Below, piece by piece: positions 42,430 to 52,022 of a DNA stretch of 64,000 nt. The notes under the pieces are model-generated. The model ran no database searches and was not told the origin of the DNA. It was given only the letters and a program-made list of their open reading frames with translations. Both the position numbers and the translations under genes were made by a program. Positions within the stretch are counted from its first letter, which is position 1. Each line of letters starts with the position of its first letter. Origin of the DNA: Ignatzschineriaceae bacterium (GTDB lineage: Bacteria > Pseudomonadota > Gammaproteobacteria > Cardiobacteriales > Wohlfahrtiimonadaceae); assembly GCA_046462535.1 (NCBI GenBank), contig JBKGVF010000016.1, positions 11,363 to 75,362 on the forward strand, read 5' to 3'.

Positions 42430-43122
42430 ATGAGTAACGTACTACATGATGAGATTGAGAAATTTAATGAGCACGATTGGTGGGATCAAGATGGCGCGTT
42501 AAAGACGCTTCACGATATTAATCCTACCCGTTTTGACTTTATCTTAAGTCATGAGCCGATAAAGGGGCAGAGAGTACTCGATCTTGGCTGTGGTGGAGGG
42601 ATCTTAACTGAAGGGCTAGCAAAACGGGGGGCAATTGCCACAGGAATCGATATGGCAGATGAGGCGATCGCTGTCGCTAAAGCTCATGCAGAGCGTGCCC
42701 AACTAAAGATCGACTATCAAGTAATCACAGCAGAGGAGCATGCTACAGATCACCAAGCACACTATGATGTCATTACCTCTCTTGAGCTGTTAGAGCATGT
42801 TCCGAGTCCCAGCTCAATTATCGAGGCCGCGGCGGCTATGTTAAAGCCTGGTGGCGGACTCTTTCTCTCCACCATCAATCGCACCCTCAAGGCGCGGACA
42901 TTGGTGGTCTACGCGGCCGAATATCTGCTTCGAGTTGTTCCTAAAGGGACCCATGATCCTGATCGCTTTATCACCCCTCTTGAACTCTATGAGCTCTGTG
43001 AGCTCCATGGATTGGAGGTGAAGGCAATCTCAGGGATGAGTTATAACCCCTTTACCCGCATCGCCACATTAAGTGACGATGTCAGTATGAACTATCTTCT
43101 CTATGCAACAAAAAAAGTGTAG
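42430..43122 (+). CDS. ubiG: Ubiquinone biosynthesis O-methyltransferase
   Basis: EIEKFNEHDWWDQDG...LHDINPTRFDFI, SAM motif VLDLGCGGGILTE, and SLELLEHVP. I prefer ATG at 42430 (RBS ggagcagag) over TTG at 42403. Confidence 0.9.
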   Translation: MSNVLHDEIEKFNEHDWWDQDGALKTLHDINPTRFDFILSHEPIKGQRVLDLGCGGGILTEGLAKRGAIATGIDMADEAIAVAKAHAERAQLKIDYQVITAEEHATDHQAHYDVITSLELLEHVPSPSSIIEAAAAMLKPGGGLFLSTINRTLKARTLVVYAAEYLLRVVPKGTHDPDRFITPLELYELCELHGLEVKAISGMSYNPFTRIATLSDDVSMNYLLYATKKV

Positions 43123-43156
43123 AGAGTTCGCTATCTTGAGAAAGGATTAAAGATTG

Positions 43157-43879
43157 ATGACCCAACCACTATTAAATAAGAATATCCTCATCACAGGGGC
43201 CACCGGCGCTGCAGGAAAGCAGAGCGCCCTTACCCTAGCTAGAGCAGGTGCTACTGTTATTCTCCTAGCTCCTAAAGAGCGCTCACTCAATAAAATTTAT
43301 GACGCTGTCGCCGCAAGCGGTGCCCCTGAACCGGCAATGGTGCCCATGGACTTTACCCAGGTAACAGCAGATGACTACTTTGGCTTAGCCCAAGCATTAA
43401 GTAATGAGTTTTCCCATCTTGATGGTATTATCCATGCCGCAGGTCATTTAGGCAGTTTAACACCACTTGCCCACACTAATCCTGAGCTTTGGCGAAAAAA
43501 CTTAACCATCAATCTCGATGCCCCTTTTCAACTTACCCAAGCGCTACTCCCTCTCCTATTACAAGCAGAGTCTCGCGCCTCTGTACTCTTTTTTGAGCAC
43601 CCTGCCGTTGCCTCTGGTGATCATGCCTACTGGGGAAGCTACGCCGTTGCAAAAGCGGGATTGCATACCTTAATGGCTCTCTTTGCTGAAGAGTTTGAAG
43701 CGGAAGGGAAGATCCAATTTAATAGTATTGATCCCGTCGCTTTCAATTCAGCGCTTCGATATAACGCTGCACCTGAAGGGGTGGAGGAGGCGCGCCCAGT
43801 AGCTGCCCTCGATTCTCACCTCCTAACCCTGATGGATTCAACAACACCCTTTACAACAGGGCAATGCTTCACACTCTAA
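43157..43879 (+). CDS. YciK-like SDR family oxidoreductase
   Basis: About 240 aa. ITGATGAAGK cofactor motif and YAVAKAG (YxxxK). Linkage to ubiG is common in gammaproteobacteria. Confidence 0.7.
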   Translation: MTQPLLNKNILITGATGAAGKQSALTLARAGATVILLAPKERSLNKIYDAVAASGAPEPAMVPMDFTQVTADDYFGLAQALSNEFSHLDGIIHAAGHLGSLTPLAHTNPELWRKNLTINLDAPFQLTQALLPLLLQAESRASVLFFEHPAVASGDHAYWGSYAVAKAGLHTLMALFAEEFEAEGKIQFNSIDPVAFNSALRYNAAPEGVEEARPVAALDSHLLTLMDSTTPFTTGQCFTL

Positions 43880-43942
43880 AGCAGATAATCACCCAAGATT
43901 GGCCCCATCTCCATTAGAGAGAGTCTATTCAACTATAATATT

Positions 43943-43979
43943 GGCGTAGCAGCTATAACTGCTACGCCCTTTCCTCTTT
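43943..43979 (+). terminator. Rho-independent terminator after the SDR gene
   Basis: 10-bp arms ggcgtagcag and ctgctacgcc, a 6-nt loop, then ctttcctcttt. Confidence 0.75.
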
Positions 43980-44088
43980 ATAGAGCATCTACGCTCAAAC
44001 GACACTCTTCTCCAATCTGCAATCGTAAAGAGATTGATTATAATAGGAACGTGATACCATATTCATTCATAATTGATGAGGAAGCGAT

Positions 44089-45519
44089 ATGAGATTTAAG
44101 CGATCAACCTTGCGGGCCTTACCTTTGTTAAGTGCTCTTCTTATCACCCTAACACCGATCTATGCAGCAAATGATGAGGCGCACCCTATGAATGAACCCC
44201 CAAAGATGATGCAACGCTACCAAGAGGAATCTTTAGCAGCCAACACCTACGAGGGTGAGTTGCCGAATGGACTCTCCATTATTGTCCGCAAAGATGAGCG
44301 GGCACCGGTTGTGACCAATATGGTTTGGTATCGAGTCGGCTCTGTTGATGAACCCCGAGGGCTTGGGGGAATTTCCCATATGTTAGAGCATATGATGTTT
44401 AAAGGGACAGAGCTATTAGGCCCTAATGAACACTCAACAATTATTGCCAATCTTGGTGGACGAGATAATGCCTTTACCTCGATGGATTACACCGCCTACT
44501 ATGAGCGTCTCCCTGCTTGGGAATTGGAGACCGCTCTCCAGCTTGAGGCTGAGCGTATGAGCAACCTAAAGCTGCGAGCAGAGGATTTTCTCTCAGAACG
44601 GCTAGTAGTTGCCGAAGAGCGGCGACAGCGGACAGAGAGTAATCCACAAGGGCGCTTCTTTGAGCTCTTTAATGCAACGCTCTGGAGTAGCAGCGCTTAT
44701 CGTAACCCCATTATCGGTTGGATGGAGGAGATTGAGCGCTGGCGCCTCAGTGATCTAGAGCGTTGGTATCAACAATATTATGCTCCCAATAATGCGACAC
44801 TCGTGGTTGTTGGTGATGTGGATCCCGAAGAGGTCTACCAACTGGCTCAGAGATACTTTGGCCCTATCCCAAAACGTGACTCTATTGAGCATCCCTTCAA
44901 TTTTGAGCCTCAACAAGAGGCGGAGAAGCGTATTGAGATGGTGGCAGAGGTCAATATGCCGCTCCTCTTAATGGGCTATAAAGTGCCAAGTCTCAATAGT
45001 GCAGAATCGATACGGGAAGCTTATGCCCTACTCCTAATTAATGAGCTACTTGATGGCGGACGTGCCGCTCGCTTAACAAAAGAGCTGGTGCGAAAAGAGC
45101 AATTAGCTCTACAAACTAGTGCCTACTACGGTAGCAATCGCCGCTATTTGAGCAGCCTCACCATCAGTGCAATTCCCACTAAGGGGATCACCCTCTCTGA
45201 GTTAGAAGAGGGTATAAAGAGAAGTATTGAGCGGTTAAAGCAAGAGCCTATCAGTGATGAAGAGCTTGCACGAGTTAAGCGACACTATGAGTGGAAGAGC
45301 ATCACCGCGCTCGACTCAAGCTATGCACAGGCGATGGCCATTGGCACCGCCGAAACCACGGGTGAAGGGTGGTACCATCGCTTAACATTAGCGGAGCGAC
45401 TCAATGAGATCACCAAAGAGGAGATTCAGCAGGTGGCTCAAAAATATCTTCATGATCAAAATCTCACCGTTGGCTATCTCCATAACCCTAAATCACAAGA
45501 GCCCCATCTTGATGAATAG
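44089..45519 (+). CDS. M16 family zinc peptidase (active subunit, secreted)
   Basis: 476 aa with a signal peptide. Inverted zincin motif HMLEHMMFKG (HxxEH) and a downstream glutamate region. Confidence 0.85.
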   Translation: MRFKRSTLRALPLLSALLITLTPIYAANDEAHPMNEPPKMMQRYQEESLAANTYEGELPNGLSIIVRKDERAPVVTNMVWYRVGSVDEPRGLGGISHMLEHMMFKGTELLGPNEHSTIIANLGGRDNAFTSMDYTAYYERLPAWELETALQLEAERMSNLKLRAEDFLSERLVVAEERRQRTESNPQGRFFELFNATLWSSSAYRNPIIGWMEEIERWRLSDLERWYQQYYAPNNATLVVVGDVDPEEVYQLAQRYFGPIPKRDSIEHPFNFEPQQEAEKRIEMVAEVNMPLLLMGYKVPSLNSAESIREAYALLLINELLDGGRAARLTKELVRKEQLALQTSAYYGSNRRYLSSLTISAIPTKGITLSELEEGIKRSIERLKQEPISDEELARVKRHYEWKSITALDSSYAQAMAIGTAETTGEGWYHRLTLAERLNEITKEEIQQVAQKYLHDQNLTVGYLHNPKSQEPHLDE

Positions 45520-45554
45520 AGAGCGCTCTTCCCTCCCCTACTAAAGGAGACCTT

Positions 45555-46934
45555 ATGAGACGATTAACAGAAATTGTGGCCCTGATCGCCACCCTAATAA
45601 TACCTTTTATGACCAATATATCGTTAGCAAAAAGCTTTAGCCCCATCTTAAATCAGACCCATCTTTGGCAGACTGCCGAAGGCGCTGATGTCTACCATCT
45701 CCCTCTAGAGGAGTTACCCATTGTCGATATTATTATTGCTCTAGATGTGGGAGATTATCATAGTGGCCCCCAACATGGAGTAGCGACATTAACTGCATCA
45801 CTCTTAGGAAAGAGTGCCGGCCCTTATGATGAGGAGGCTCTTCTTGAGGCTTTAGAGGAGCGACAAACATTACTCTCTACCCGTGTCTCCTCAAATAAGA
45901 CCCTCTTCACCTTCCGTACCCGCTCAGTCAGTGATGGAAAGACCCATACCATTACCGATGAAGCTAAAGATTTAATCACGACACTCTTTGCAGAACCTCG
46001 CTTTGATGAGCAGATCTTTCTTCGGGAACGTGCCAATATTATTGATGCTCAGAAGGCTCGGCTCGATAATATCAATGCCATCGCCAGTGAGATCTACTAC
46101 CAGAATCTCTACCCCAATGAGTATCTAGGGGTCACCTCTGAGATGTTTCAGGAGGCATTAGCAGAGCTCACCTTATCCGATCTTAAACAGTTTCATCGAC
46201 AGTATTACCATGCCACTAATGCTAAAATTATTATTGTTGGGAAGATTAGTCATGAGAATGCTGCTGATCTCGCTCGCACCATTAGCCTCCATTTAGGTCG
46301 CGGGGAGCAAGCCCCCCCTATTGAACATCAGCGCCCTAACTACGAGGCAAAGAGAATTGAGCACCCCTTCGATTCACCACAATCCCGTATCTTAATGGGG
46401 CATCCCTCCATCAACTTTTACGATGAGGATTATTTCCCCCTCTTATTAGGCAATCATATCCTTGGGGGGAGTGGTCTCACCTCGGAGCTGATGATTCGTC
46501 TCCGTGAAGAGCTTGGTCTAACGTATGGGATCTACAGTAGCTTTGCTCCTACACTCTTCTATGGCCCCTTCACCATCACCTTCTCTACGAAAAATGAGCA
46601 GGTGGATGAGGCTATAGCCGAAAGTTTAGCTCTTATAGAGCGCTTCATAGAAGAGGGGCCATCTGATAAGGCACTAGAGTTAGCAAAAAATAATCTTATC
46701 GGCTCCTTAGCCCTCGACCTCGATAGCAACGCTAAACTTGCAGCAACACTCCTCCATTTAGCCAGCTATGATCTACCCTTAGATTACTATGATCATTATC
46801 CTGAAATTATTAGAGGGATTACAAAAGAGGAGATTAAAGCCGCCTTTAAGCGCCACCTCAACCCTCAACGCTTCACAGTTGTGATTGTTGGAGGTAAAGA
46901 GGCAGACCAAAAACCCCCTAAACCCCAATCGTAA
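45555..46934 (+). CDS. M16 family peptidase-like protein (no HxxEH; probable non-catalytic partner)
   Basis: 459 aa with a signal peptide. M16 fold-like repeats (GLTYGIYSSF) but lacking the zinc motif. Paired with the upstream M16 gene. Confidence 0.75.
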   Translation: MRRLTEIVALIATLIIPFMTNISLAKSFSPILNQTHLWQTAEGADVYHLPLEELPIVDIIIALDVGDYHSGPQHGVATLTASLLGKSAGPYDEEALLEALEERQTLLSTRVSSNKTLFTFRTRSVSDGKTHTITDEAKDLITTLFAEPRFDEQIFLRERANIIDAQKARLDNINAIASEIYYQNLYPNEYLGVTSEMFQEALAELTLSDLKQFHRQYYHATNAKIIIVGKISHENAADLARTISLHLGRGEQAPPIEHQRPNYEAKRIEHPFDSPQSRILMGHPSINFYDEDYFPLLLGNHILGGSGLTSELMIRLREELGLTYGIYSSFAPTLFYGPFTITFSTKNEQVDEAIAESLALIERFIEEGPSDKALELAKNNLIGSLALDLDSNAKLAATLLHLASYDLPLDYYDHYPEIIRGITKEEIKAAFKRHLNPQRFTVVIVGGKEADQKPPKPQS

Positions 46935-46942
46935 AATAGGAG

Positions 46943-46979
46943 CTATCCACATTTTTTGTGGATAACTATTGGGATAAGC
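46943..46979. promoter_or_regulatory. Cluster of three DnaA-box-like 9-mers (two form an inverted repeat)
   Basis: CTATCCACA (46943-46951, 8/9 to TTATCCACA). TGTGGATAA (46957-46965, 9/9 on the minus strand). TTGGGATAA (46969-46977; reverse complement TTATCCCAA, 7/9 on the minus strand). Confidence 0.55.
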
Positions 46980-47044
46980 GGCAGGATTCTTCTCTACAGA
47001 AGAGTCGATCCCTTAAAATGCTAATGTTAAGAGAGTGATAATTA

Positions 47045-48997
47045 ATGAGTATACCCACCCCTGTAGAGTTCTTCTTTAGTGAAGAGGGCCCCTTAAGTAC
47101 GGCGATTGAAGGTTATCGCCCTCGTGAAATGCAGATCACTATGGCTAACCGTATTTATGAAGCCATTGAAAATGGGGATGACTCTTTAGTAATTGAGGCA
47201 GGCACTGGAACAGGCAAGACCTTTGCTTATCTTGTGCCTGCACTCCTTTCAGATGTTAAAGTATTAATCTCCACAGGAACAAAGCATCTACAAGATCAAC
47301 TCTTTGAGAAAGATATCCCTCTGATCCGTCAGCTACTTAAAAAGCCAATAACCCCTGCCCTACTGAAAGGGCGTTCTAACTACCTCTGCATCTATAGAAT
47401 CCGTACTATGCGCCAGCGCGGGCGATTTGAAGGGAAAGCGCAGGTAGATCAATTCTATAAAATTGAGCGCTACTCTAAACAAGATAAAGTGGGAGATCTT
47501 ACTCAACTTGGTGGAATAACGGATCACTCTCTCTGGGGGCAAGTCACCTCCACAACAGAAAATTGTCTCCACTCTGAGTGTCCCGATTATGAGGAGTGCT
47601 TCCTCTTTAAGGCAAGAAAGAAGGCGATGGAAGCAGATGTTGTGGTGATCAATCATCATCTCCTCTGTGCGGATCTTGCCTTAAAACAGGAGGGCTTTGG
47701 TGAGCTATTACCAAAAGCGGATCTGATTATTGTAGATGAGGCTCATCAATTAGCAGAAACGGCTGGCCTCTTCTTTAGCACCCAGCTCAGCACCAAACAG
47801 ATTCCCGACTGGATTGATGATCTAAATAAAGCGATTGCAGTTGAGGCGAGTGATTTTAGTGCCCACGATCGCATTGCTGACCTTCTTCATCAAAAAATTG
47901 CCGATCTTCGAAAAGCGCTACCCCAAAATAACCAACGCTATGCTCTCGCGGAATTTAATGACAACCCTATCATTACCAGCCTCTATCAGGATATTGATGA
48001 ACTCCTCGGTACACTGGTTCAAGTAGTTGAACCTCTAAAAGAGCGTGCACAGATCTTCCCAAAGTTAGCAGAAAGAATTGAGGATATTCATAAGCGCTGG
48101 CAGATACTCGTCATTGAGCAGCGTAACGATGAAAATAGTATCAACTGGCTTGAGACCTATAAATACCATATTGGACTCCACTCGACGCCGTTAGATATCT
48201 CTGACCATTTCCGCCAAAATAGTGCTCAATTGAATGCAAGCTGGATCTTTACCTCAGCTACTCTTGCAGTCCGTGATGACTTCAACTACTTTTGCCAACC
48301 TCTTGGTTTAAGTACTGATAACACCCTTCGGTTAGAGAGTCCGTTTGACTTTCCAAGAACCTCACTACTCTATCATCCCCCCAATCTTCCTCCCCCAAAT
48401 GATGAGCGCTTCTTGCCTGAAATGCTTGAGGCAATTCTACCGGTGATTGAAGCAGCAAAAGGGAGAACCTTTATCCTCTTTACTAGCTACTATGCGCTCG
48501 ATCGAGCCTATATCCAACTGAAAAAGATGATCGATTACCCCCTCTTTAAGCAGGGCGAGAGACCCAAAATGGCCTTAATTGATGCATTTAAAGAGTCTGG
48601 CAATGGTGTTTTACTCGGCACAATGAGCTTTTGGGAGGGGGTAGATGTTAAGGGTGAAGCGCTTACCTGTGTGGTAATTGAGAAGTTTCCCTTTGCATCA
48701 CCAGGCGATCCTATTGAGCAGGCAAAGATTGACCTTTTACGCCGAAAAAATCTCAATCCATTCATGAATTATCAACTTCCGAAAGCAATTATTACCCTTA
48801 AGCAGGGGGTGGGACGCCTTATTCGTGATCCTGATGATTATGGTGTCTTAGTATTAGCCGACTCCCGCTTAACGACTAAACAGTATGGTCGACAATTTCT
48901 TCAAAGTCTTCCCCCTATGACTAAAACGATGAAGGTGGAGCGGGTAAATCGTTTTTTTGACTATATAGAGAAGAGAGGGCAAAATAGCGCCGACTAA
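47045..48997 (+). CDS. DinG-family ATP-dependent DNA helicase (YoaA-like, Fe-S cluster type)
   Basis: 650 aa. Walker A AGTGTGKTFAY, DEAH box (VDEAHQL), and Cys cluster NYLC...ENCLHSECPDYEEC in the Fe-S insertion. Confidence 0.85.
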   Translation: MSIPTPVEFFFSEEGPLSTAIEGYRPREMQITMANRIYEAIENGDDSLVIEAGTGTGKTFAYLVPALLSDVKVLISTGTKHLQDQLFEKDIPLIRQLLKKPITPALLKGRSNYLCIYRIRTMRQRGRFEGKAQVDQFYKIERYSKQDKVGDLTQLGGITDHSLWGQVTSTTENCLHSECPDYEECFLFKARKKAMEADVVVINHHLLCADLALKQEGFGELLPKADLIIVDEAHQLAETAGLFFSTQLSTKQIPDWIDDLNKAIAVEASDFSAHDRIADLLHQKIADLRKALPQNNQRYALAEFNDNPIITSLYQDIDELLGTLVQVVEPLKERAQIFPKLAERIEDIHKRWQILVIEQRNDENSINWLETYKYHIGLHSTPLDISDHFRQNSAQLNASWIFTSATLAVRDDFNYFCQPLGLSTDNTLRLESPFDFPRTSLLYHPPNLPPPNDERFLPEMLEAILPVIEAAKGRTFILFTSYYALDRAYIQLKKMIDYPLFKQGERPKMALIDAFKESGNGVLLGTMSFWEGVDVKGEALTCVVIEKFPFASPGDPIEQAKIDLLRRKNLNPFMNYQLPKAIITLKQGVGRLIRDPDDYGVLVLADSRLTTKQYGRQFLQSLPPMTKTMKVERVNRFFDYIEKRGQNSAD

Positions 48998-49029
48998 CCC
49001 CTGCCTATACCCATAAGGAGCTAAATGCT

Positions 49030-49620
49030 ATGGATTCTATCCTACTAAATATTGCTGTTATTATTGCCGCCTATCTCATGGGCTCTATCTCATCAGCGAT
49101 TATTGTCTGCCGGATGGTAGGACTCCCCGATCCCCGCAGTGCTGGCTCGAACAACCCAGGCGCCACCAATGTGTTGCGTTTAGGAAGTAAAGGGGCCGCC
49201 GCCGCCACCTTAATGGGAGATCTACTTAAAGGGCTCATTCCCCTTCTTATCGCAAAGGGGCTTGGCTTAACCGGTTGGGGATTAGCCTTAACTGCCATCG
49301 CACCATTTTTAGGCCATCTCTACCCCATCTTCTTTCAATTTAAAGGGGGAAAAGGGGTTGCGACAGCATTCGGTATCATCTTAGGACTCAACCTCTACGT
49401 TGGCTTAGCCGCTTTTGCCGTCTGGCTGGGGATATTTATCACTACACGTATCTCATCACTCTCTGCGCTAACCGCGGCAGCTACTGCACCCCTTTTTCTC
49501 TGGCTATTTAAAGCGGAAGGGGTAGTGGTCTTCTCAGTTCTCTTTATGGTATTACTACTAATCTATCGTCACAAAAGCAATATAGTCCGACTTCTCTCTG
49601 GGGATGAGAAACGCTTTTAA
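49030..49620 (+). CDS. plsY: Glycerol-3-phosphate acyltransferase PlsY
   Basis: 196 aa polytopic. GSISSAIIV...GSNNPGATNVLR and FKGGKGVAT motifs. Confidence 0.93.
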   Translation: MDSILLNIAVIIAAYLMGSISSAIIVCRMVGLPDPRSAGSNNPGATNVLRLGSKGAAAATLMGDLLKGLIPLLIAKGLGLTGWGLALTAIAPFLGHLYPIFFQFKGGKGVATAFGIILGLNLYVGLAAFAVWLGIFITTRISSLSALTAAATAPLFLWLFKAEGVVVFSVLFMVLLLIYRHKSNIVRLLSGDEKRF

Positions 49621-49650
49621 AGTTATAATCTATAATTGCTAAATGATATA

Positions 49651-51111
49651 TTAGGGCTGAGCCATCCGTCTTCGATCGGTTGAGCTCGGAATGCCTAGCT
49701 GATCACGATATTTAGCAACAGTACGGCGCGCGATCTTATGCCCCTCTTGTGCTAAAAGAGCAACCAATTTGCTATCGCTATAGGGCTTTTCTGGATTCTC
49801 CTGCTCAATAATCTCTTGTAATACCGCACGAACAGCAGCAGAGGAGGAGTCACCACCCCCTGTGGTATCAGCAGAGGCCTGGTTAGTAAAAAAGTAACTC
49901 AACTCATAGGTTCCCGAAGGGCACATAATATATTTTCCAGCCACGGCCCGAGAGATTGTCGACTCATTAAATTCAAGTTCCTCAGCAATATCCTTAAGTA
50001 ATAGTGGCTTCAAACCACGCTCTCCCTGAACGAAGAAGTCTGACTGATGACGTACCACAGCCTCCCCTACTTTCAGCAAGGTATCAAAACGGCTGCCTAA
50101 ATTACGAATGACATTACGTGCCTCACTTAAATGCTCTCCCATCATCGTTGCATCACTACTCTCTCGCTTTAACTTATAGTAGAGTGCACGATAATAAGGA
50201 TTAATCCGTAAGCGTGGCATAATTGACTCATTTAGGGAGACCACAAGTCGCCCATCATCTAACCGAACTAAAAGGTCAGGCTCAATACCTTGCGCCTCAC
50301 TTCCCCCTATTAAGTTTCCAGGTCTTGGATTTAAAGAGCGCAAACCAGCAAGAATCATGCGCAAACGCTCCTCATCGACATTAACAATCCGCATTAAGTT
50401 ACGCAGATTAAAACGTAATAGATCGCTATGTCCTCGCTCTAAAAGAAGCTTTGCCTCAGCGTACCATTCAGGCTGTGGCTCCACCCTTCTCAGTTGAATT
50501 AATAGGCTCTCCTGAACAGTGCGCGCGGCAACACCAGCGGGCTCTAATATCTCTTGGAGATGTTGCAATACCGACTCCACCTCACTGGCTCTGATTCCTT
50601 TAACTAAGGGGCGAAGAGTGGTCAAAATTTCATCTAGAGATAGGACCAAAAACCCATCATCATTGAGGCCATTAATAATCACCCTTCCAATTAACTCTTC
50701 CTGAGGTGATAGACCACTTAATGTCAGCTGCCAAAGAAGCTCCTCAGTTAATGTGCGCCGATGCTCCTCTGTTAAGATATTGAGTGGGTCATAAGGTGCC
50801 TCTTCCCCTCGATCGGCCAGGCCTGTACTCTGATCTTCAGTAAAGTACTCATCATACTCGGCATGAATCTCAACCTCTAAATCTAATGGGCCCTCCTCCT
50901 CTTGTGCTGGGGAGTACTCCTCATCTCCGAGCTCTTCTATAGCTCTCTCTCCCTCTACAGACTCCAACATAATATTGGAGTCCAATAAAGATCGGAGCTC
51001 TGTCGCTAACTCAAGTTGACTAAGCTGCAAAATCCGCAAAGAGTTTTGCAAGCTTGGTGTCATAACCAGCTTTTGACTCTGATTAAGCGTAAGCTGTGAG
51101 CGCAAAGGCAT
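49651..51111 (-). CDS. rpoN: RNA polymerase sigma-54 factor
   Basis: 486 aa. N-terminal LTLNQSQKLVMTPSLQNSLRILQLS (region I), an acidic region II, and the C-terminal RpoN box ARRTVAKYR. Confidence 0.95.
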   Translation of the reverse strand: MPLRSQLTLNQSQKLVMTPSLQNSLRILQLSQLELATELRSLLDSNIMLESVEGERAIEELGDEEYSPAQEEEGPLDLEVEIHAEYDEYFTEDQSTGLADRGEEAPYDPLNILTEEHRRTLTEELLWQLTLSGLSPQEELIGRVIINGLNDDGFLVLSLDEILTTLRPLVKGIRASEVESVLQHLQEILEPAGVAARTVQESLLIQLRRVEPQPEWYAEAKLLLERGHSDLLRFNLRNLMRIVNVDEERLRMILAGLRSLNPRPGNLIGGSEAQGIEPDLLVRLDDGRLVVSLNESIMPRLRINPYYRALYYKLKRESSDATMMGEHLSEARNVIRNLGSRFDTLLKVGEAVVRHQSDFFVQGERGLKPLLLKDIAEELEFNESTISRAVAGKYIMCPSGTYELSYFFTNQASADTTGGGDSSSAAVRAVLQEIIEQENPEKPYSDSKLVALLAQEGHKIARRTVAKYRDQLGIPSSTDRRRMAQP

Positions 51112-51335
51112 AATTAACGTGACCCCCCCTTTAGAGATCTATTTTGTAGGTTTCGATAAAAAGGATTACTATAACTATAGCAAATTTAGACAAACAACCG
51201 ATTAACCTAGAACTCTAGTATACTGTCTACAATCGCTTATTGGACCCAAATTGGTCACGATATATTTTATCTTTTGATAGTAGACCAATAAGGTATAATA
51301 ACAACTTATTTCTCGGAGCTTAAATTAAATATAGA

Positions 51336-52022
51336 ATGACTATGTACAATAAATCTAAGATTTTACTTATCGACGATGATAAAGAATTTGTCTCACTCCT
51401 CTCAGATCATTTAGGTAAGGATGGTTTTGATGTGACTGCTGCCTACAATGGTGAAGAGGGGTTAGCCCTACTTGAGCAGGAATCTTTCGATTTTTGTGTC
51501 CTCGATGTGATGATGCCCGTTAAAGATGGTATTGAGACCCTAAAGGAGATTCGCTCTGAGAATCGCTCTCTGCCAGTATTAATGCTTACTGCAAAAGCAG
51601 AGCCTATCGATCGCATTGTTGGCTTGGAGTTAGGGGCTGATGACTATATGGCAAAGCCACTTGAGCCTCGTGAGCTCACCGCCCGTGTAAAGGCGATCTT
51701 ACGCCGTTCTCAAGCCGGTGCGAGTGAGGAGGAGAATCCACTGCACGATAAAATTCGCTGGGATGATAATCAGCGCCAATTCTTTATCGATAATGAAGAG
51801 ATCTTTCTGACCGGTATTGAGTATGAAGTATTAAAAGTACTTGCAGCAGAGCTAGGCAATATAGTACCTAAAGAGCATATCTCTGAAGAGGCTTTAAAAC
51901 GCCCCTTAAAACCCTTTGATCGAAGTTTAGATGTTCATATCTCTAACATTCGCAAAAAGCTGATCCCATTCGATGTCAATATCAAAAGTGTTCGTGGACG
52001 TGGCTATCAACTAATTCTATGA
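51336..52022 (+). CDS. OmpR-family response regulator (CpxR-like)
   Basis: 228 aa. Receiver domain (ILLIDDD, phospho-acceptor Asp in CVLDVMMP, LTAK) plus a winged-helix output domain (VRGRGYQL). Confidence 0.88.
   Translation: MTMYNKSKILLIDDDKEFVSLLSDHLGKDGFDVTAAYNGEEGLALLEQESFDFCVLDVMMPVKDGIETLKEIRSENRSLPVLMLTAKAEPIDRIVGLELGADDYMAKPLEPRELTARVKAILRRSQAGASEEENPLHDKIRWDDNQRQFFIDNEEIFLTGIEYEVLKVLAAELGNIVPKEHISEEALKRPLKPFDRSLDVHISNIRKKLIPFDVNIKSVRGRGYQLIL

Noticed and set aside
46935-47044. Possibility that the DnaA-box cluster marks the chromosomal origin (oriC)
   Set aside because: There are only three boxes. I saw no AT-rich 13-mer-like DUE repeats, no GATC clustering (a single GATC), and no dnaA/gidA/mioC-type neighbours. 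The spacer is only 110 bp.
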